64,000 bases of DNA from Holophagales bacterium. Its GTDB lineage: Bacteria; Acidobacteriota; Thermoanaerobaculia; UBA5066. Below, one piece after another: positions 1-9,758 of this stretch. A model generated the notes under the pieces. It did no database searches, was not told the DNA's origin, and saw only the letters and a program-made list of their open reading frames with translations. The DNA lies in NCBI GenBank assembly GCA_016714815.1, contig JADKBZ010000016.1, positions 37,659 to 101,658 on the forward strand, written 5' to 3'. The position numbers and the translations under genes are program-made. Numbering within the stretch: position 1 is the stretch's first letter; every line of letters begins with the position of its first letter.

Positions 1-864
1 CGCGCGCTCTACGGGAGCCATCCCTACGGGACGATCTCGCCGACCGAGGCGTCGATCGACGCCGTCACGCCGGAGATCCTCGCCGTCGAGGCCGCGCGAC
101 GCCTCCGCCCCGAGCGTTCGCTCCTCATCGTCGCGGGCGACGTCGATCCGGCCGCCGTCCACGCCGAGGCCGCGCGCCTCTTCGGCGGCTGGCGCGGCAC
201 GGGCGAAGCGCCCCCGGCCGTTCCCGCTCCGGTCGCCCCCACCGGTCCGCGCCGGATCCTCGTCCTCGACCGTCCCGGCTCGGTCCAGACGAACCTCCTC
301 GTCGGCAACCTCGGCTTCCCGAGGACCGATCCCGACGCCTACCCGCTCGAGCTCGCCATGACGATCTACGGCGGCTCGTTCACGTCGCGCCTCGTCCAGA
401 ACCTGCGCGAGGAGAAGGGCTACACCTACTCGCCGGGTGCCGGCGCGAGCTGGCTCGCCGGCTGCGGCACGGTCCGTTCCTACGCGGCGGTCCGCACCGA
501 GGTGACGGGCGCCGCCCTGAACGAGATCCTCTACGAGATGGAGAGGATGGCGACGACCGAGAGCAAGGACGAGGAGCTGGAACGCGCCTTCCGGCGCGAC
601 GCCGGGTCCCTGGCGATCTCCCTGCAGACCGCGGCGGGCGTTGCCGACGAGGTCCTCCGCCTCTGGGTCCTCGGCCTCCCGCCGGAGGAGATCGGCCGCG
701 AGGTGGCCGAGCTCGCGAAGGTGACGAAGGCCGACGTGCGCCGCGCTTCGCGGCGCGTCTTCGGCACGGGCGCGGCCCGCGTCGTCGCCGTCGGCGACGC
801 CGCGGCGATCCGCGAGGAGCTGGCGACGTTCGGGGAGATCGAGGAGATGACCGGGGGGGCGTGA
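1..864 (+). CDS. M16 (insulinase/pitrilysin) family peptidase, C-terminal part (5' truncated by window)
   Basis: Frame 1 is open from base 1 (RALYGSHPYG...LLIVAGDVD...DRPGSVQTNLLVG...GGSFTSRLVQNLREEKGYTYS), typical M16 C-terminal domain motifs. Confidence 0.9.
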   Translation, partial: RALYGSHPYGTISPTEASIDAVTPEILAVEAARRLRPERSLLIVAGDVDPAAVHAEAARLFGGWRGTGEAPPAVPAPVAPTGPRRILVLDRPGSVQTNLLVGNLGFPRTDPDAYPLELAMTIYGGSFTSRLVQNLREEKGYTYSPGAGASWLAGCGTVRSYAAVRTEVTGAALNEILYEMERMATTESKDEELERAFRRDAGSLAISLQTAAGVADEVLRLWVLGLPPEEIGREVAELAKVTKADVRRASRRVFGTGAARVVAVGDAAAIREELATFGEIEEMTGGA

Positions 865-910
865 GGCGGGGACGCGCCGCTCTCCCGGGCGAACACTCCC
901 TCGCGGGGCT

Positions 911-1234
911 CTACTTCAGGACGTCGAGGACCGTCAGGATGTCCTTGAGCACGCCGACGACGAGGAAGACGAACCCGGCCCCGAGGAGGAAGACGGTGAA
1001 GACGAGGACGTTTCCCCAGGCCGGGTCGAGCTTGAAGAGGACGAGCAGGGGCGAGGCGAGGTAGCCCACGAAGAAGACGACGAGAAGGGCGGTGAGGAGG
1101 TTCCACTTCTTCGCCACCTCGCCCTTGCCGAGGTCGCCGCGACCGATCGCCTTCTTCAGCTGGAGAGCGAGGTAGAGGTCGATCGCCATGACGGTGATCG
1201 CCAGGGCGGAGATGACGAAGACGATCGTTTCCAT
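911..1234 (-). CDS. small membrane protein (about 3 TM helices), unknown function
   Basis: 107-aa hydrophobic ORF 3 bp downstream of the DUF4388 gene. Confidence 0.7.
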   Translation of the reverse strand: METIVFVISALAITVMAIDLYLALQLKKAIGRGDLGKGEVAKKWNLLTALLVVFFVGYLASPLLVLFKLDPAWGNVLVFTVFLLGAGFVFLVVGVLKDILTVLDVLK

Positions 1235-1237
1235 GCT

Positions 1238-1732
1238 TCAGATCTCCTGGCCGCAGAGCGCGGCGAGACTCTTCCTGAGCTCTTCCGCGGCTTCCTTGCT
1301 GCCGAAGAGACGGGCGAACTTGACGGCGTCGCGGGCGGCGTCGGCGAGCTTTTCGCAGGAATCCTCGGCCTCGGCGATCCGGCGGGCTGCCTTCTCCCCC
1401 TTCGCTCCGAGGACGGCGCGCACGGCCTCCTGCATCCGGTCCTTCCGGCAGAGGGCCTCTTCGAGAATGCAGGCCATCGGCTCGGTGATCGTCGTCGCCG
1501 GGGGCGGGACGTCGGTGACGAGCTCGAATGTGCCGGCCTTCCACGTGAGGAGGTCGAAGAAGACGCCCTTGCCGGTCCGTGGGCCGTTCTCGGCGTGCAC
1601 GAGTTCGCCCGAGCTGAAGTAGAGCGCGACGACCTCGCCCCAACGTCGCACGGTGAGGCGCACGTCCTCGACGTGCCGGCCGCACATCTTCACGAGCTCG
1701 GCGAGCCGGAAGTCCCCCAGTTCTCCGTTCAT
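1238..1732 (-). CDS. DUF4388 (PatA_N-like) domain protein
   Basis: MNGELGDFRLAELVKM...LYFSSGELVHAE...FFDLLTWKAGTFEL pattern; GGGAGG Shine-Dalgarno upstream. Confidence 0.8.
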   Translation of the reverse strand: MNGELGDFRLAELVKMCGRHVEDVRLTVRRWGEVVALYFSSGELVHAENGPRTGKGVFFDLLTWKAGTFELVTDVPPPATTITEPMACILEEALCRKDRMQEAVRAVLGAKGEKAARRIAEAEDSCEKLADAARDAVKFARLFGSKEAAEELRKSLAALCGQEI

Positions 1733-2034
1733 CCATTCCCTCCCGGAGGCGGGCCTGCCGGCCCGCCGAGGCAGTCGGAAATTGTATCGGGGAGCCGCGA
1801 CGCTGGGAAGCGGAGGGGGTTGACATCTCTGGAAGCGACGAAATGGCGGAACGGGACCGACCTGGGCCGATCATCGGGGCGCGCCGGGGCGGCGGCACCG
1901 GCGGGCGGCGTCCGGTGTCCGGCGTCCCTCTTCGGCGCCGTTGGTCTCCCGCCCCGCCCCGACTAGACTCCCGGCGCTCCGGTCCGGAGCGAAAGAGAGG
2001 GTCTTTGGAGGGAGCGGATATCCGAAGGAACGCG

Positions 2035-2931
2035 GTGCCCGAAGGAGGGGCTCCTGCCGGCTCCGCGCCCGCGCGGCCGACGGTCGTCGTTCCCGCCTTC
2101 GGGCGGCCCGACTCGACCGGGCGGGCGCTCCGATCGCTCGTGGACGCCGGAGCCGCCGCGATCGTCCTCGTGGACGACGAGGGGCGCGGCCACGGGGACG
2201 AGTTCCAGCGCGAAGTTCCTGGTTTCGAGGTCCTTCGGACGGAGACGCCCGTCTACTGGACGGGGGCGATCCGCCTCGGGGTCGAACACGCGCTGGCGAG
2301 CGGCGCGAAGACCGTTCTCTTCTTCAACCAGGACGTGACCGTCGCCCCGGGCTACTTCGAGCGGCTCGGCCGGACGGCGGCGCGGTTCCCGGGCGCCGTC
2401 ATCGGGTCCGCCGTCGTCTATGCGCAGGACGAAGGTCTCGTCTGGTCGGCAGGGGCGCGCATGGAGTGGTTCGGCCGGGGCTTCCGGATCCTCCACCACG
2501 GAAGGCCTGTCGAAGAGCTTCCGGGAGAGCCCTTCCCCGTCGACTGGCTCTTCGGGATGGGAACCTACGTTCCCGCGAGCGTCTTCGCGAGGATCGGGCT
2601 GCCCGACGCCGGGCGTTTCCCGATGGCGTGGGGCGACGCGGACTTCACGCTGCGAGCGAGGGGTGCCGGCATTCCGGTCGTCCTCGATCCCGGACTGCGG
2701 CCCTCCCACGAGGTCGGCCGGTACGACGCCCGTGTGGCGCCGGCCCCGAGCCTTTCGCAGTACCTCGCGTCCCTCGGGAGCCGGACCCAGAACATCTCGC
2801 TCTCCGCGCAGCGCGAGGTCTGGCGGCGGCACGGGCCGAGGGGACTCTGGCGCGTGTCGTTCGCCCTCCGGTTTCTCTTCCTGCTCCTCAACTTCGTCCG
2901 GATCCGGCTCCTCTTCCCCGGCAGCCGGTGA
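2035..2931 (+). CDS. glycosyltransferase family 2
   Basis: TVVVPAF...IVLVDD, WTGAIRLG, FFNQDVTV (DxD-like), WGDADFTLRA; GTG start at 2035 chosen from the upstream GAAGGA (ORF track starts at 1843). Confidence 0.85.
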   Translation: MPEGGAPAGSAPARPTVVVPAFGRPDSTGRALRSLVDAGAAAIVLVDDEGRGHGDEFQREVPGFEVLRTETPVYWTGAIRLGVEHALASGAKTVLFFNQDVTVAPGYFERLGRTAARFPGAVIGSAVVYAQDEGLVWSAGARMEWFGRGFRILHHGRPVEELPGEPFPVDWLFGMGTYVPASVFARIGLPDAGRFPMAWGDADFTLRARGAGIPVVLDPGLRPSHEVGRYDARVAPAPSLSQYLASLGSRTQNISLSAQREVWRRHGPRGLWRVSFALRFLFLLLNFVRIRLLFPGSR

Positions 2932-2965
2932 GCCCCGGAGGCGGGTGCTGGCATCGCAGTACACG

Positions 2966-3799
2966 ATGAGGCCGCTCTCATTGCCGGCGTTGCCCACGCT
3001 CCGGGTCGCGCGTCGGCGGTTCTCGGTCCCGCGCGACTGGATCCCGGCTCTCGGCCTCCTCGCTGCACTGCGGACGTGCAAGGCGCCTGCACAGGAAACC
3101 TCTCCAGCCGAGCCTGACCCGGGGCTCGTCCGGGCCGACGCCGTCGTCGTCACCGCCACCCGGAGCGAGCGCTCGGCCGCGGACGTCCCGGTGAGCGTGA
3201 CCGTGGTCCCTCGCGAGGATGTCGAGAACACGCCGAGCCGGACGCTCGACGACGCTCTCCGGAACGTCGTTGGCCTGAACCTCCCGCTCGGGAGCAGCAA
3301 CACGATCCAGCCGACGACGAACCACGTCTCGATGCGGGGCCTCGGCGGCGACCGGGCGCTCGTCCTCCTGGACGGGATTCCCCTGAACCACGCGGTCAAC
3401 GGCTACGTCCAGTGGAACAAGGCGCCGCTCGGAACCGTCGAGAGGGTCGAGGTCGTCCGCGGGTCTGCCGCGAGCCTCTTCGGCAACTACGCCATGGGCG
3501 GCACGGTGAGCATCTTCTCCCGCCCGCTCGACGGGAGCCGCGTCGAGGCGGACGCCTCGTACGGCACCTTCGACACGCGCCGGTTGAGCGCGTCGGTGAC
3601 GGAGAGCCTCGGGGCGGGCGTCCGCGCGGGCGTCTTCCTCGACTTCGAGGACACGGACGGCTACACGCGGGCCGTTCCGGCCGAGCGCGGGGCGATCGAC
3701 TCCGAAGGGCGGGTCGCCGAGAGCGGCTCCCACGAGGAGCTGCTCGGCCGCGGAGGCCTCTACGCCGAGCTCTACCGTCTCAGCGAGCGGATGCGGTGA
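2966..3799 (+). pseudogene. TonB-dependent receptor N-terminus (plug) truncated and fused in frame to an ABC-transporter C-terminal tail
   Basis: VVVTATRSER, SMRGLG, LVLLDGIPLN, ERVEVVRGSAASLFGNYAMGG are plug motifs; ends in EGRVAESGSHEELLGRGGLYAELYRL, the tail of ABC exporters; only ~277 aa. Confidence 0.75.
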
Positions 3800-3847
3800 C
3801 GCGGCCCCGGCGGTGTGCGGCGCCCGCGATGGGAGCGGGGTCGTTCG

Positions 3848-4819
3848 TCAGATCCAGTGTCGCCGGCGGAAGAAGTAGAGCATCCCGACACTGATCAGGA
3901 TCCAGAAGCCCCAGAGCGACGGGTAGAACCACCGGATCTTCAGCTCCGGGAGGAACTCGAAGTTCATCCCGTAGACGCCGGCGAGGAACGTCAGCGGCAT
4001 CCAGATCGCCGAGAAGATCGTGAGGACCTTCACGATCTCGTTCAGCCGGTTCGACGCGACCGAGAGGTGCGCCTCGAGGGCGCCGCTGGCGAGGTCGGTC
4101 AGGACGATCGTCGTCTCCTCCAGCCGTGCCACGTGGTCGTAGACGTCGCGGAAGTAGTGGGACGTCCGCTCCTCGATGTACGGCAGGTCGCGCCGGGCGA
4201 GGCGGCCGAGCATCTCGCGCTGGGGGGCGACGAGACGCCGGATCGTCAGGAGCTGGCGCTTGAGGTGGAGGAGCTCGTGGAGCGCCTGCTGCGGCGGGGC
4301 GCCCGAGAAGATCGTCTCCTCGATCTCCTCGAGGCGCTCTTCGGAGCGGTCGAGGATGGGCAGGAGCTCGTCCATCATCCGGTCGACGACCGCGTGCAGG
4401 ACGCGATCCATCTGGCTCTCCATCGTAAGGTCCTTGGCGAGAACGAGCCGGCTGACCTCCAGGCACGCGGGTACGGGGCGACGGTGAACCGTGACGAGGA
4501 ACCCGGGGCCGAGGTACGCGGCGACCTTGTAGCCCTCGAGCTCGAGCCCCTCTTCCGATGGCCGGAGCCCGCGGAAGAGAAGAAAGAGGTAGTTCCCGAA
4601 CTCCTCCACCTTCGGCGGCTGGACGGGCGTGAGGGCGTCCTCGACGGTGAGGTGGTGGAAGCCGCAGACGTCCGCCAGCGCGCGAGCCTCCTCCTCGGTC
4701 GGGTTCTCGACGTCGACCCAGATGGATCGGCCGGCCAGGCCGGGCCAGGCGGAGGAGAGGCTCGCGTCCTCGAGAAGGTGAAGGCCCTTCCCGTCTTCGT
4801 ACACGTGGACGGTCAGCAT
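3848..4819 (-). CDS. corA: magnesium/cobalt transporter CorA
   Basis: WVDVENPT, HHLTVED, PKVEEF, signature GVYGMNF, two C-terminal TM helices. Confidence 0.95.
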   Translation of the reverse strand: MLTVHVYEDGKGLHLLEDASLSSAWPGLAGRSIWVDVENPTEEEARALADVCGFHHLTVEDALTPVQPPKVEEFGNYLFLLFRGLRPSEEGLELEGYKVAAYLGPGFLVTVHRRPVPACLEVSRLVLAKDLTMESQMDRVLHAVVDRMMDELLPILDRSEERLEEIEETIFSGAPPQQALHELLHLKRQLLTIRRLVAPQREMLGRLARRDLPYIEERTSHYFRDVYDHVARLEETTIVLTDLASGALEAHLSVASNRLNEIVKVLTIFSAIWMPLTFLAGVYGMNFEFLPELKIRWFYPSLWGFWILISVGMLYFFRRRHWI

Positions 4820-4965
4820 GTGGGCGCAAGTGTAGTCGGCCGGGCCGCCCTGTCGGATGGCCCGGTGCTCCACGGGCGTCCGGGTTCCGGGTGAGAATGC
4901 GCCCCGGCGGGGACCGGCGCGACGCGGCGCCCCGGATGCTCCAGAATCCGGCGGAGGCGCGACGC

Positions 4966-6981
4966 GTGAAGACGGGAACGAGAATCCTCCTGACGGGAGG
5001 CGGCACGGCCGGGCACGTGAACCCCGCGCTCGCCATCGGTGCCGCCCTCGCCGGGCCGGGGAGCGAGACGCTCTTCGTCGGCGTGAAGGGGCGGGCCGAG
5101 GAGCAGGTCGTCCCGCGGGAGGGGATCCCGATCCGCTTCGTGAGGGCCTCGGGGTTCCCCGGCGCACGCCCCTCGCCCGCCTTCGCCCGGTTCCTTTTCG
5201 ACGTCTTCGCCGGGACGACGCAGGCGGCCGCGATCCTCCTCCGGTTCCGTCCCGACGTGATCGTCGGTTCCGGGGGATTCGCCTCGGCCCCGGTCATCTT
5301 CGCGGCGACGCTCCTGAAGAAGCTCGGGCTCTCGAAGGCCCGTGTCTTCGTCCACGAGCAGAACGCCGTCCCCGGAAAGCTGAACCGGCTCGTCGGCCGA
5401 TTCGCGGAGAAGGTCTTCGTCACGTTCCCCGAGACGCTCTCCCTCTTCCCCGGCAACGGCGCGCTGACGGGCTACCCCGTCCGAGGGAGGATCGGGCACG
5501 TGGCCCCGCAGGAGGCCCGCGCGCGCCTCGACTTCACCGTGCCGGAGGGGCGAACGGTCGTCCTCGCCTTCGGCGGGTCGCAGGGCTCGCGTTCGCTCAA
5601 CCGCGGCCTCGTCGACGCCCTCGGCGACCTGATGCCGCACGCCGGGCGGCTCTTCGTCGTCCACGGCACCGGCCTCTTCAAGGGGGGCGGATACGACGCG
5701 GAAGCCGACACGGCGGCGCGCCTGGCGGAGCGCTACACGGAGGAGGAGCGCGCGAGGATCGCGACGTTCTACCTGGCGCGGAGCTACTTCCACGATATCG
5801 CCTCGGTCTACGCCCTGGCCTCGCTCGTCGTCATCCGCGGCGGCTCGGGGAGCCTCAACGAGGTGGCGCGCATGGGGATTCCCGCCCTCGTCGTCCCGAA
5901 GGCGAACCTTCCGGGCGATCACCAGGTGGCCAACGCCCGCGCCCTCGAAAGGGCCGGCGGGGCGGAGGTCCTCTACGAGGAGACGATCCTCTCGGAAGGG
6001 CACCTCGTCGAGACGCTCGACGGCGCTCTCCTGGCGCGGCGCATCCTCGCCCTCGCGGAGGACCCGGTCCGGCGCGCCGACATGTCGAAGAAGGGGCGCG
6101 ACGTCCTCGGGATCGACGCGGCGGCCGAGATCGCCCACCACGTCCTCCACGGTCGCGCGCGCGTCGCGCTCGATCCGACGCTCGTTCCGGCGCCGACGGT
6201 CGTCTCGAACGCCGTGCTCCTCTCGCGGCTCGAAAAGGCGGCGACCGCGGCGGGCCGCAGCTACCGCGTCGAGGACGTCGTCGAGCCCCGGGACCTCTCC
6301 TGGTTCCGGAGCCGTGCGGCCTCGCTCCTCGTCCACGACGAATGGGAGGCGCGAAACCTCGGCGTGAAGCTCCTCGGTCTCCTCGGCGCCACGGACAAGG
6401 TCCCGCTCCTCCTCGCGCTCCTGGCCGACCGGACCCGGGCGCCGCTCTTCCACCGTCTCCTCGGGGGCGACTTCGCCCAGGTCGGCTTCGTCCGCCGGAA
6501 CGTCTTCACCGCACTCGCCCGCCTCGACGTCGTCGACGCCGGGGTCGAGGAGGCCCTCCTCGCCGGGCTCGCCGACCCGTACTGGGAGGTTCGGGCCGAG
6601 TCGGCGCGCACCGCGACGCGATTCGCCGGGCGCCTCGCGCGGAGCGCCGAGGTCGTCGCCGCGCTCGGGACGAGGCTCTCGGACCCCAACCTCGAGGCGG
6701 CCTCGGCGGCGGCCGAGGCGCTCGGCGCCCTCGGCGGGGAAGAGGACGCCCTCCCGCCCCTTCTGGCCCTCGCCGAGCACCGCTTCTGGAAGGTCCGCGC
6801 CGCGGCGCTCAGGGGAGTTCTCTCTCTCGTCGAGCGAGGCCAGGTCCGCAACCGCGAGGCGCTGAAGAGGGTACTCTCCGGCTTCCTCCTCACCTCGACC
6901 GACTTCCGTCCCCAGTTCGAGCTGAAGCTGTCGTACCGCCGGGTCCTGGAGGCCCTGTCCCGCGGCGAGGAGGCCCCCTGA
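4966..6981 (+). CDS. murG: MurG-like GT28 glycosyltransferase fused to C-terminal HEAT repeats
   Basis: GGGTAGH, HEQNAVPGKLNR, GYPVR, FGGSQG, DHQVANA; C-terminal DPYWEVRA / FWKVRAAALRG HEAT-like repeats. Confidence 0.85.
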   Translation: MKTGTRILLTGGGTAGHVNPALAIGAALAGPGSETLFVGVKGRAEEQVVPREGIPIRFVRASGFPGARPSPAFARFLFDVFAGTTQAAAILLRFRPDVIVGSGGFASAPVIFAATLLKKLGLSKARVFVHEQNAVPGKLNRLVGRFAEKVFVTFPETLSLFPGNGALTGYPVRGRIGHVAPQEARARLDFTVPEGRTVVLAFGGSQGSRSLNRGLVDALGDLMPHAGRLFVVHGTGLFKGGGYDAEADTAARLAERYTEEERARIATFYLARSYFHDIASVYALASLVVIRGGSGSLNEVARMGIPALVVPKANLPGDHQVANARALERAGGAEVLYEETILSEGHLVETLDGALLARRILALAEDPVRRADMSKKGRDVLGIDAAAEIAHHVLHGRARVALDPTLVPAPTVVSNAVLLSRLEKAATAAGRSYRVEDVVEPRDLSWFRSRAASLLVHDEWEARNLGVKLLGLLGATDKVPLLLALLADRTRAPLFHRLLGGDFAQVGFVRRNVFTALARLDVVDAGVEEALLAGLADPYWEVRAESARTATRFAGRLARSAEVVAALGTRLSDPNLEAASAAAEALGALGGEEDALPPLLALAEHRFWKVRAAALRGVLSLVERGQVRNREALKRVLSGFLLTSTDFRPQFELKLSYRRVLEALSRGEEAP

Positions 6982-6982
6982 G

Positions 6983-8086
6983 ATGATCTTCTGGATCGGG
7001 AAGCTCCTCGCGCCCTTCCACGCATTCTCGTTCCTTCGCCTCGCCGAGTACCTCTCGTCGCGTTCCATCGGCGCCGCGCTCACGGCGGTCCTCCTGACGC
7101 TCTGGCTCACGCCGAAGGTCATCTGGTGGCTCCAGCGGCGCGCCTTCGTCGACCAGGTGCGCGAGACGGGGATCCCCTCGGCCTTCGACAAGGCGGGGAC
7201 GCCGGTCATGGGAGGCGTCGTCCTCGTCGGCGTCGTCGCGTTCTCGTGCCTCCTCTGGTGCAACCTGGGGAGCGGCTTTTCGCTCCTCGTCCTTTTCGGC
7301 ATGGTCTGGTTCGGCGCGATCGGCTTCGTCGACGACCGGGCGAAGATGATGGCGAAGTCCGGGGACAAGGGGATGTCGGAGCCGAAGAAGCTCCTTCTCC
7401 AGGGAGCCTTCGCCGCGGTCCTCGTGGCCGTCCTCGCGAGCCCCCTCTCGCCGGTTCCCGCCCACGAGGCGTCGCAGCTCTACCTGCCGTTCCTGAAGAG
7501 CTCGGTCCTCGACAACCCCTGGATCTACTTCCCGTTCGTCTTCGTCTTCGTCCTCCTCGTCGGCAACTCGGTGAACATCACCGACGGCATGGACGGCCTC
7601 GCCATCGTCCCCTCGGTCTTCGCGATCTCGGTCCTCGGCGTCTTCGGATACCTCCTCGGCAACGCCATCTGGTCGCGCTACCTCTTCTATCCGCTCCTTC
7701 CTGGCGCGGGCGAGCTCGCCGTCTTCGCCTCGGCGTTCGCGGGGGCCGGCATCGGCTTCCTCTGGTTCAACGCCTACCCGGCGCAGATCTTCATGGGCGA
7801 CACGGGCTCTCTCTCCATCGGCGGGAGTCTCGCGGTGGCGTCGGTCCTCCTGAAGCAGGAGGCCCTCTTCGTCATCCTCGGCGGGCTCTTCGTCGCCGAG
7901 GCCTTCTCCTCCCAGGTGCAGGACAAGATCGGAATCAAGCTCCTCGGGCGGCGCCTCTTCGCGCGCGCGCCGCTCCACCACGCGATGGCCTACAACGGGC
8001 TGGCCGAGACGAAGGTCGTCGTGAGGCTCTGGATCGTCGCCGGCATCCTCGCCCTGGCGGCCCTCGCGACGCTGAAGCTCCGGTGA
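6983..8086 (+). CDS. mraY: phospho-N-acetylmuramoyl-pentapeptide transferase
   Basis: KAGTPVMGG, IGFVDD, NSVNITDGMDGLA, FNAYPAQIFMGDTGSL, APLHH. Confidence 0.95.
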   Translation: MIFWIGKLLAPFHAFSFLRLAEYLSSRSIGAALTAVLLTLWLTPKVIWWLQRRAFVDQVRETGIPSAFDKAGTPVMGGVVLVGVVAFSCLLWCNLGSGFSLLVLFGMVWFGAIGFVDDRAKMMAKSGDKGMSEPKKLLLQGAFAAVLVAVLASPLSPVPAHEASQLYLPFLKSSVLDNPWIYFPFVFVFVLLVGNSVNITDGMDGLAIVPSVFAISVLGVFGYLLGNAIWSRYLFYPLLPGAGELAVFASAFAGAGIGFLWFNAYPAQIFMGDTGSLSIGGSLAVASVLLKQEALFVILGGLFVAEAFSSQVQDKIGIKLLGRRLFARAPLHHAMAYNGLAETKVVVRLWIVAGILALAALATLKLR

Positions 8087-9651
8087 CCGGGGTCCGCAGG
8101 TCCTCGGCGGCGAACGCCCTCCTCGTCGGCGCAGGGGTCCTCCTGAGCCGGCTCGCGGGGTTCGTCCGCGAGAGGATCTTCGCCCACTACCTCGGCAGCT
8201 CCCTGGCGGCGGACGCCCTCCGGGCGGCGCTCCGCGCCCCGAACGTTCTCCAGAACCTCTTCGGCGAGGGCTCGCTGTCGGCGTCGCTCATCCCCGTCTA
8301 CTCGCGCCTTCTCGCAGAGGGGAAGGAGGAGGAGGCGCGCCGCACGGCACGTACGGTCGGAACGCTCCTGGCGCTCCTGGCGGTTCTCCTGTCGGCACTG
8401 GGCGTCCTGGCGGCGCCGCTCCTCGTCGACGTCTTCACCCCAGGCTTCTCCGGGGAGCGGCGCGAGCTGACGGTCCGGCTCGTCCGGATCCTCTTTCCCG
8501 GCACCGGCCTCCTCGTCCTCTCGGCCTTCTGCCTCGGCATCCTCAACAGCCACCGCCGCTTCTTCCTCCCGTACGCCGCGCCCGTCCTCTGGAACGGCGC
8601 CATCATCGCGGCCCTCGTCGTGGCGGGCGCGAAGACGGGTCCGGCCGGCGTCGCCGTGTGGGCCGCCTGGGGCGCGGTGGCGGGGAGCCTCCTCCAGGTC
8701 GCGGTCCAGCTGCCGCAGGTGGCCGGGCTCGTCGGCTCGCTTCGCCCGGCGCTCGACACCCGCTCCCCGCACGTCCGGACGATCTTCCGGAACTTCCTTC
8801 CGAGCGTCGGGAGCCGCGGCGTGACGCAGGTCTCGAGCTGGGTCGACCAGGTCATCGCGAGCTTTCTCCCGGCGGGCGCCGTCGCGATCCTCGGCTACGC
8901 GCAGACGCTCTACATCCTTCCCGTCTCCCTCTTCGGGATGTCCGTCTCGAGCGCCGAGCTGCCGGAGCTTTCGAGCGGCCTCGGCGCCGAGAAGCTGCGC
9001 GAGCGGCTCGACGTCGCGCTCCGGCGGGTCGCGTTCCTCGTCGTCCCCGCGGCCGTCGCCTTCGCGCTCCTCGGCGACCGGGTCGTCGCGCTCGTCTTCC
9101 AGACCGGCGCGTTCGGGGTCGAGGATGTCCGCGTCGTCTGGACGGTCCTCGCCGGGTCTTCCGTCGGTCTCCTGGCCATGACGCTCGGAAGGCTCTACGC
9201 CTCCGCCTTCTGGGCGCTTCACGACACGCGGACTCCGCTTCGCTTCGCCATGATCCGCGTCGCCGTCAGCGCGGCGCTCGGCGCGCTCCTGGCCTTCGGC
9301 GGCCCTCGTCTCCTCGGCCTCGACCCGCGCCTCGGCCTCGCCGGGCTGACGCTCGGATCGGGTCTGGCGGGGTGGCTCGAGATGTTCCTCCTGCGCCGCG
9401 CGCTGAACGCGCGCGTCGGAAAGACGGGCCTGCCCGCCTCGTTCTCGCTCAGGGTCTGGGGCGCGGCCCTGGGCGCCGCCGCGGCCGGCTTCGGCGTGAA
9501 GCTCGCCGCGGGAGCTCTTGGGCCGGTCCTCCTCGGTGCGCTCGTCTGCAGCGCGTTCGCCGTAGCCTACGGTGCCCTGGCGCTCCTCCTCCGGGTTCCC
9601 GAAGCCGCCACCCTCGCCGGCACGATCCGCCGCCGCCTCGGCCTTTCCTGA
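8083..9651 (+). CDS. murJ: lipid II flippase MurJ (MviN)
   Basis: LSRLAGFVRE, APNVLQNLFGEGSL, LGILNSHRRF, LPVSLFG, FWALHDTRTP; GTGA overlap with mraY stop. Confidence 0.9.
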   Translation: MTGVRRSSAANALLVGAGVLLSRLAGFVRERIFAHYLGSSLAADALRAALRAPNVLQNLFGEGSLSASLIPVYSRLLAEGKEEEARRTARTVGTLLALLAVLLSALGVLAAPLLVDVFTPGFSGERRELTVRLVRILFPGTGLLVLSAFCLGILNSHRRFFLPYAAPVLWNGAIIAALVVAGAKTGPAGVAVWAAWGAVAGSLLQVAVQLPQVAGLVGSLRPALDTRSPHVRTIFRNFLPSVGSRGVTQVSSWVDQVIASFLPAGAVAILGYAQTLYILPVSLFGMSVSSAELPELSSGLGAEKLRERLDVALRRVAFLVVPAAVAFALLGDRVVALVFQTGAFGVEDVRVVWTVLAGSSVGLLAMTLGRLYASAFWALHDTRTPLRFAMIRVAVSAALGALLAFGGPRLLGLDPRLGLAGLTLGSGLAGWLEMFLLRRALNARVGKTGLPASFSLRVWGAALGAAAAGFGVKLAAGALGPVLLGALVCSAFAVAYGALALLLRVPEAATLAGTIRRRLGLS

Positions 9652-9655
9652 GGAC

Positions 9656-9716
9656 GGGGTCAGGTCTACCCTCTACACTCTGCGAGCCGCAGAGTGTAGA
9701 GGGTAGACCTGACCCC
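9656..9716. repeat. REP-like perfect palindrome, copy 1 (29-bp arms, 3-nt loop)
   Basis: ggggtcaggtctaccctctacactctgcg-agc-cgcagagtgtagagggtagacctgacccc. Confidence 0.9.
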
Positions 9717-9758
9717 CTGGTTTCGCGGCCCGCCGTCTGGGAGAGAATCGGTCCGTCC

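Noticed and set aside
1820-1850. TTGACA promoter upstream of the glycosyltransferase
   Set aside because: No credible -10 at 16-18 nt spacing.
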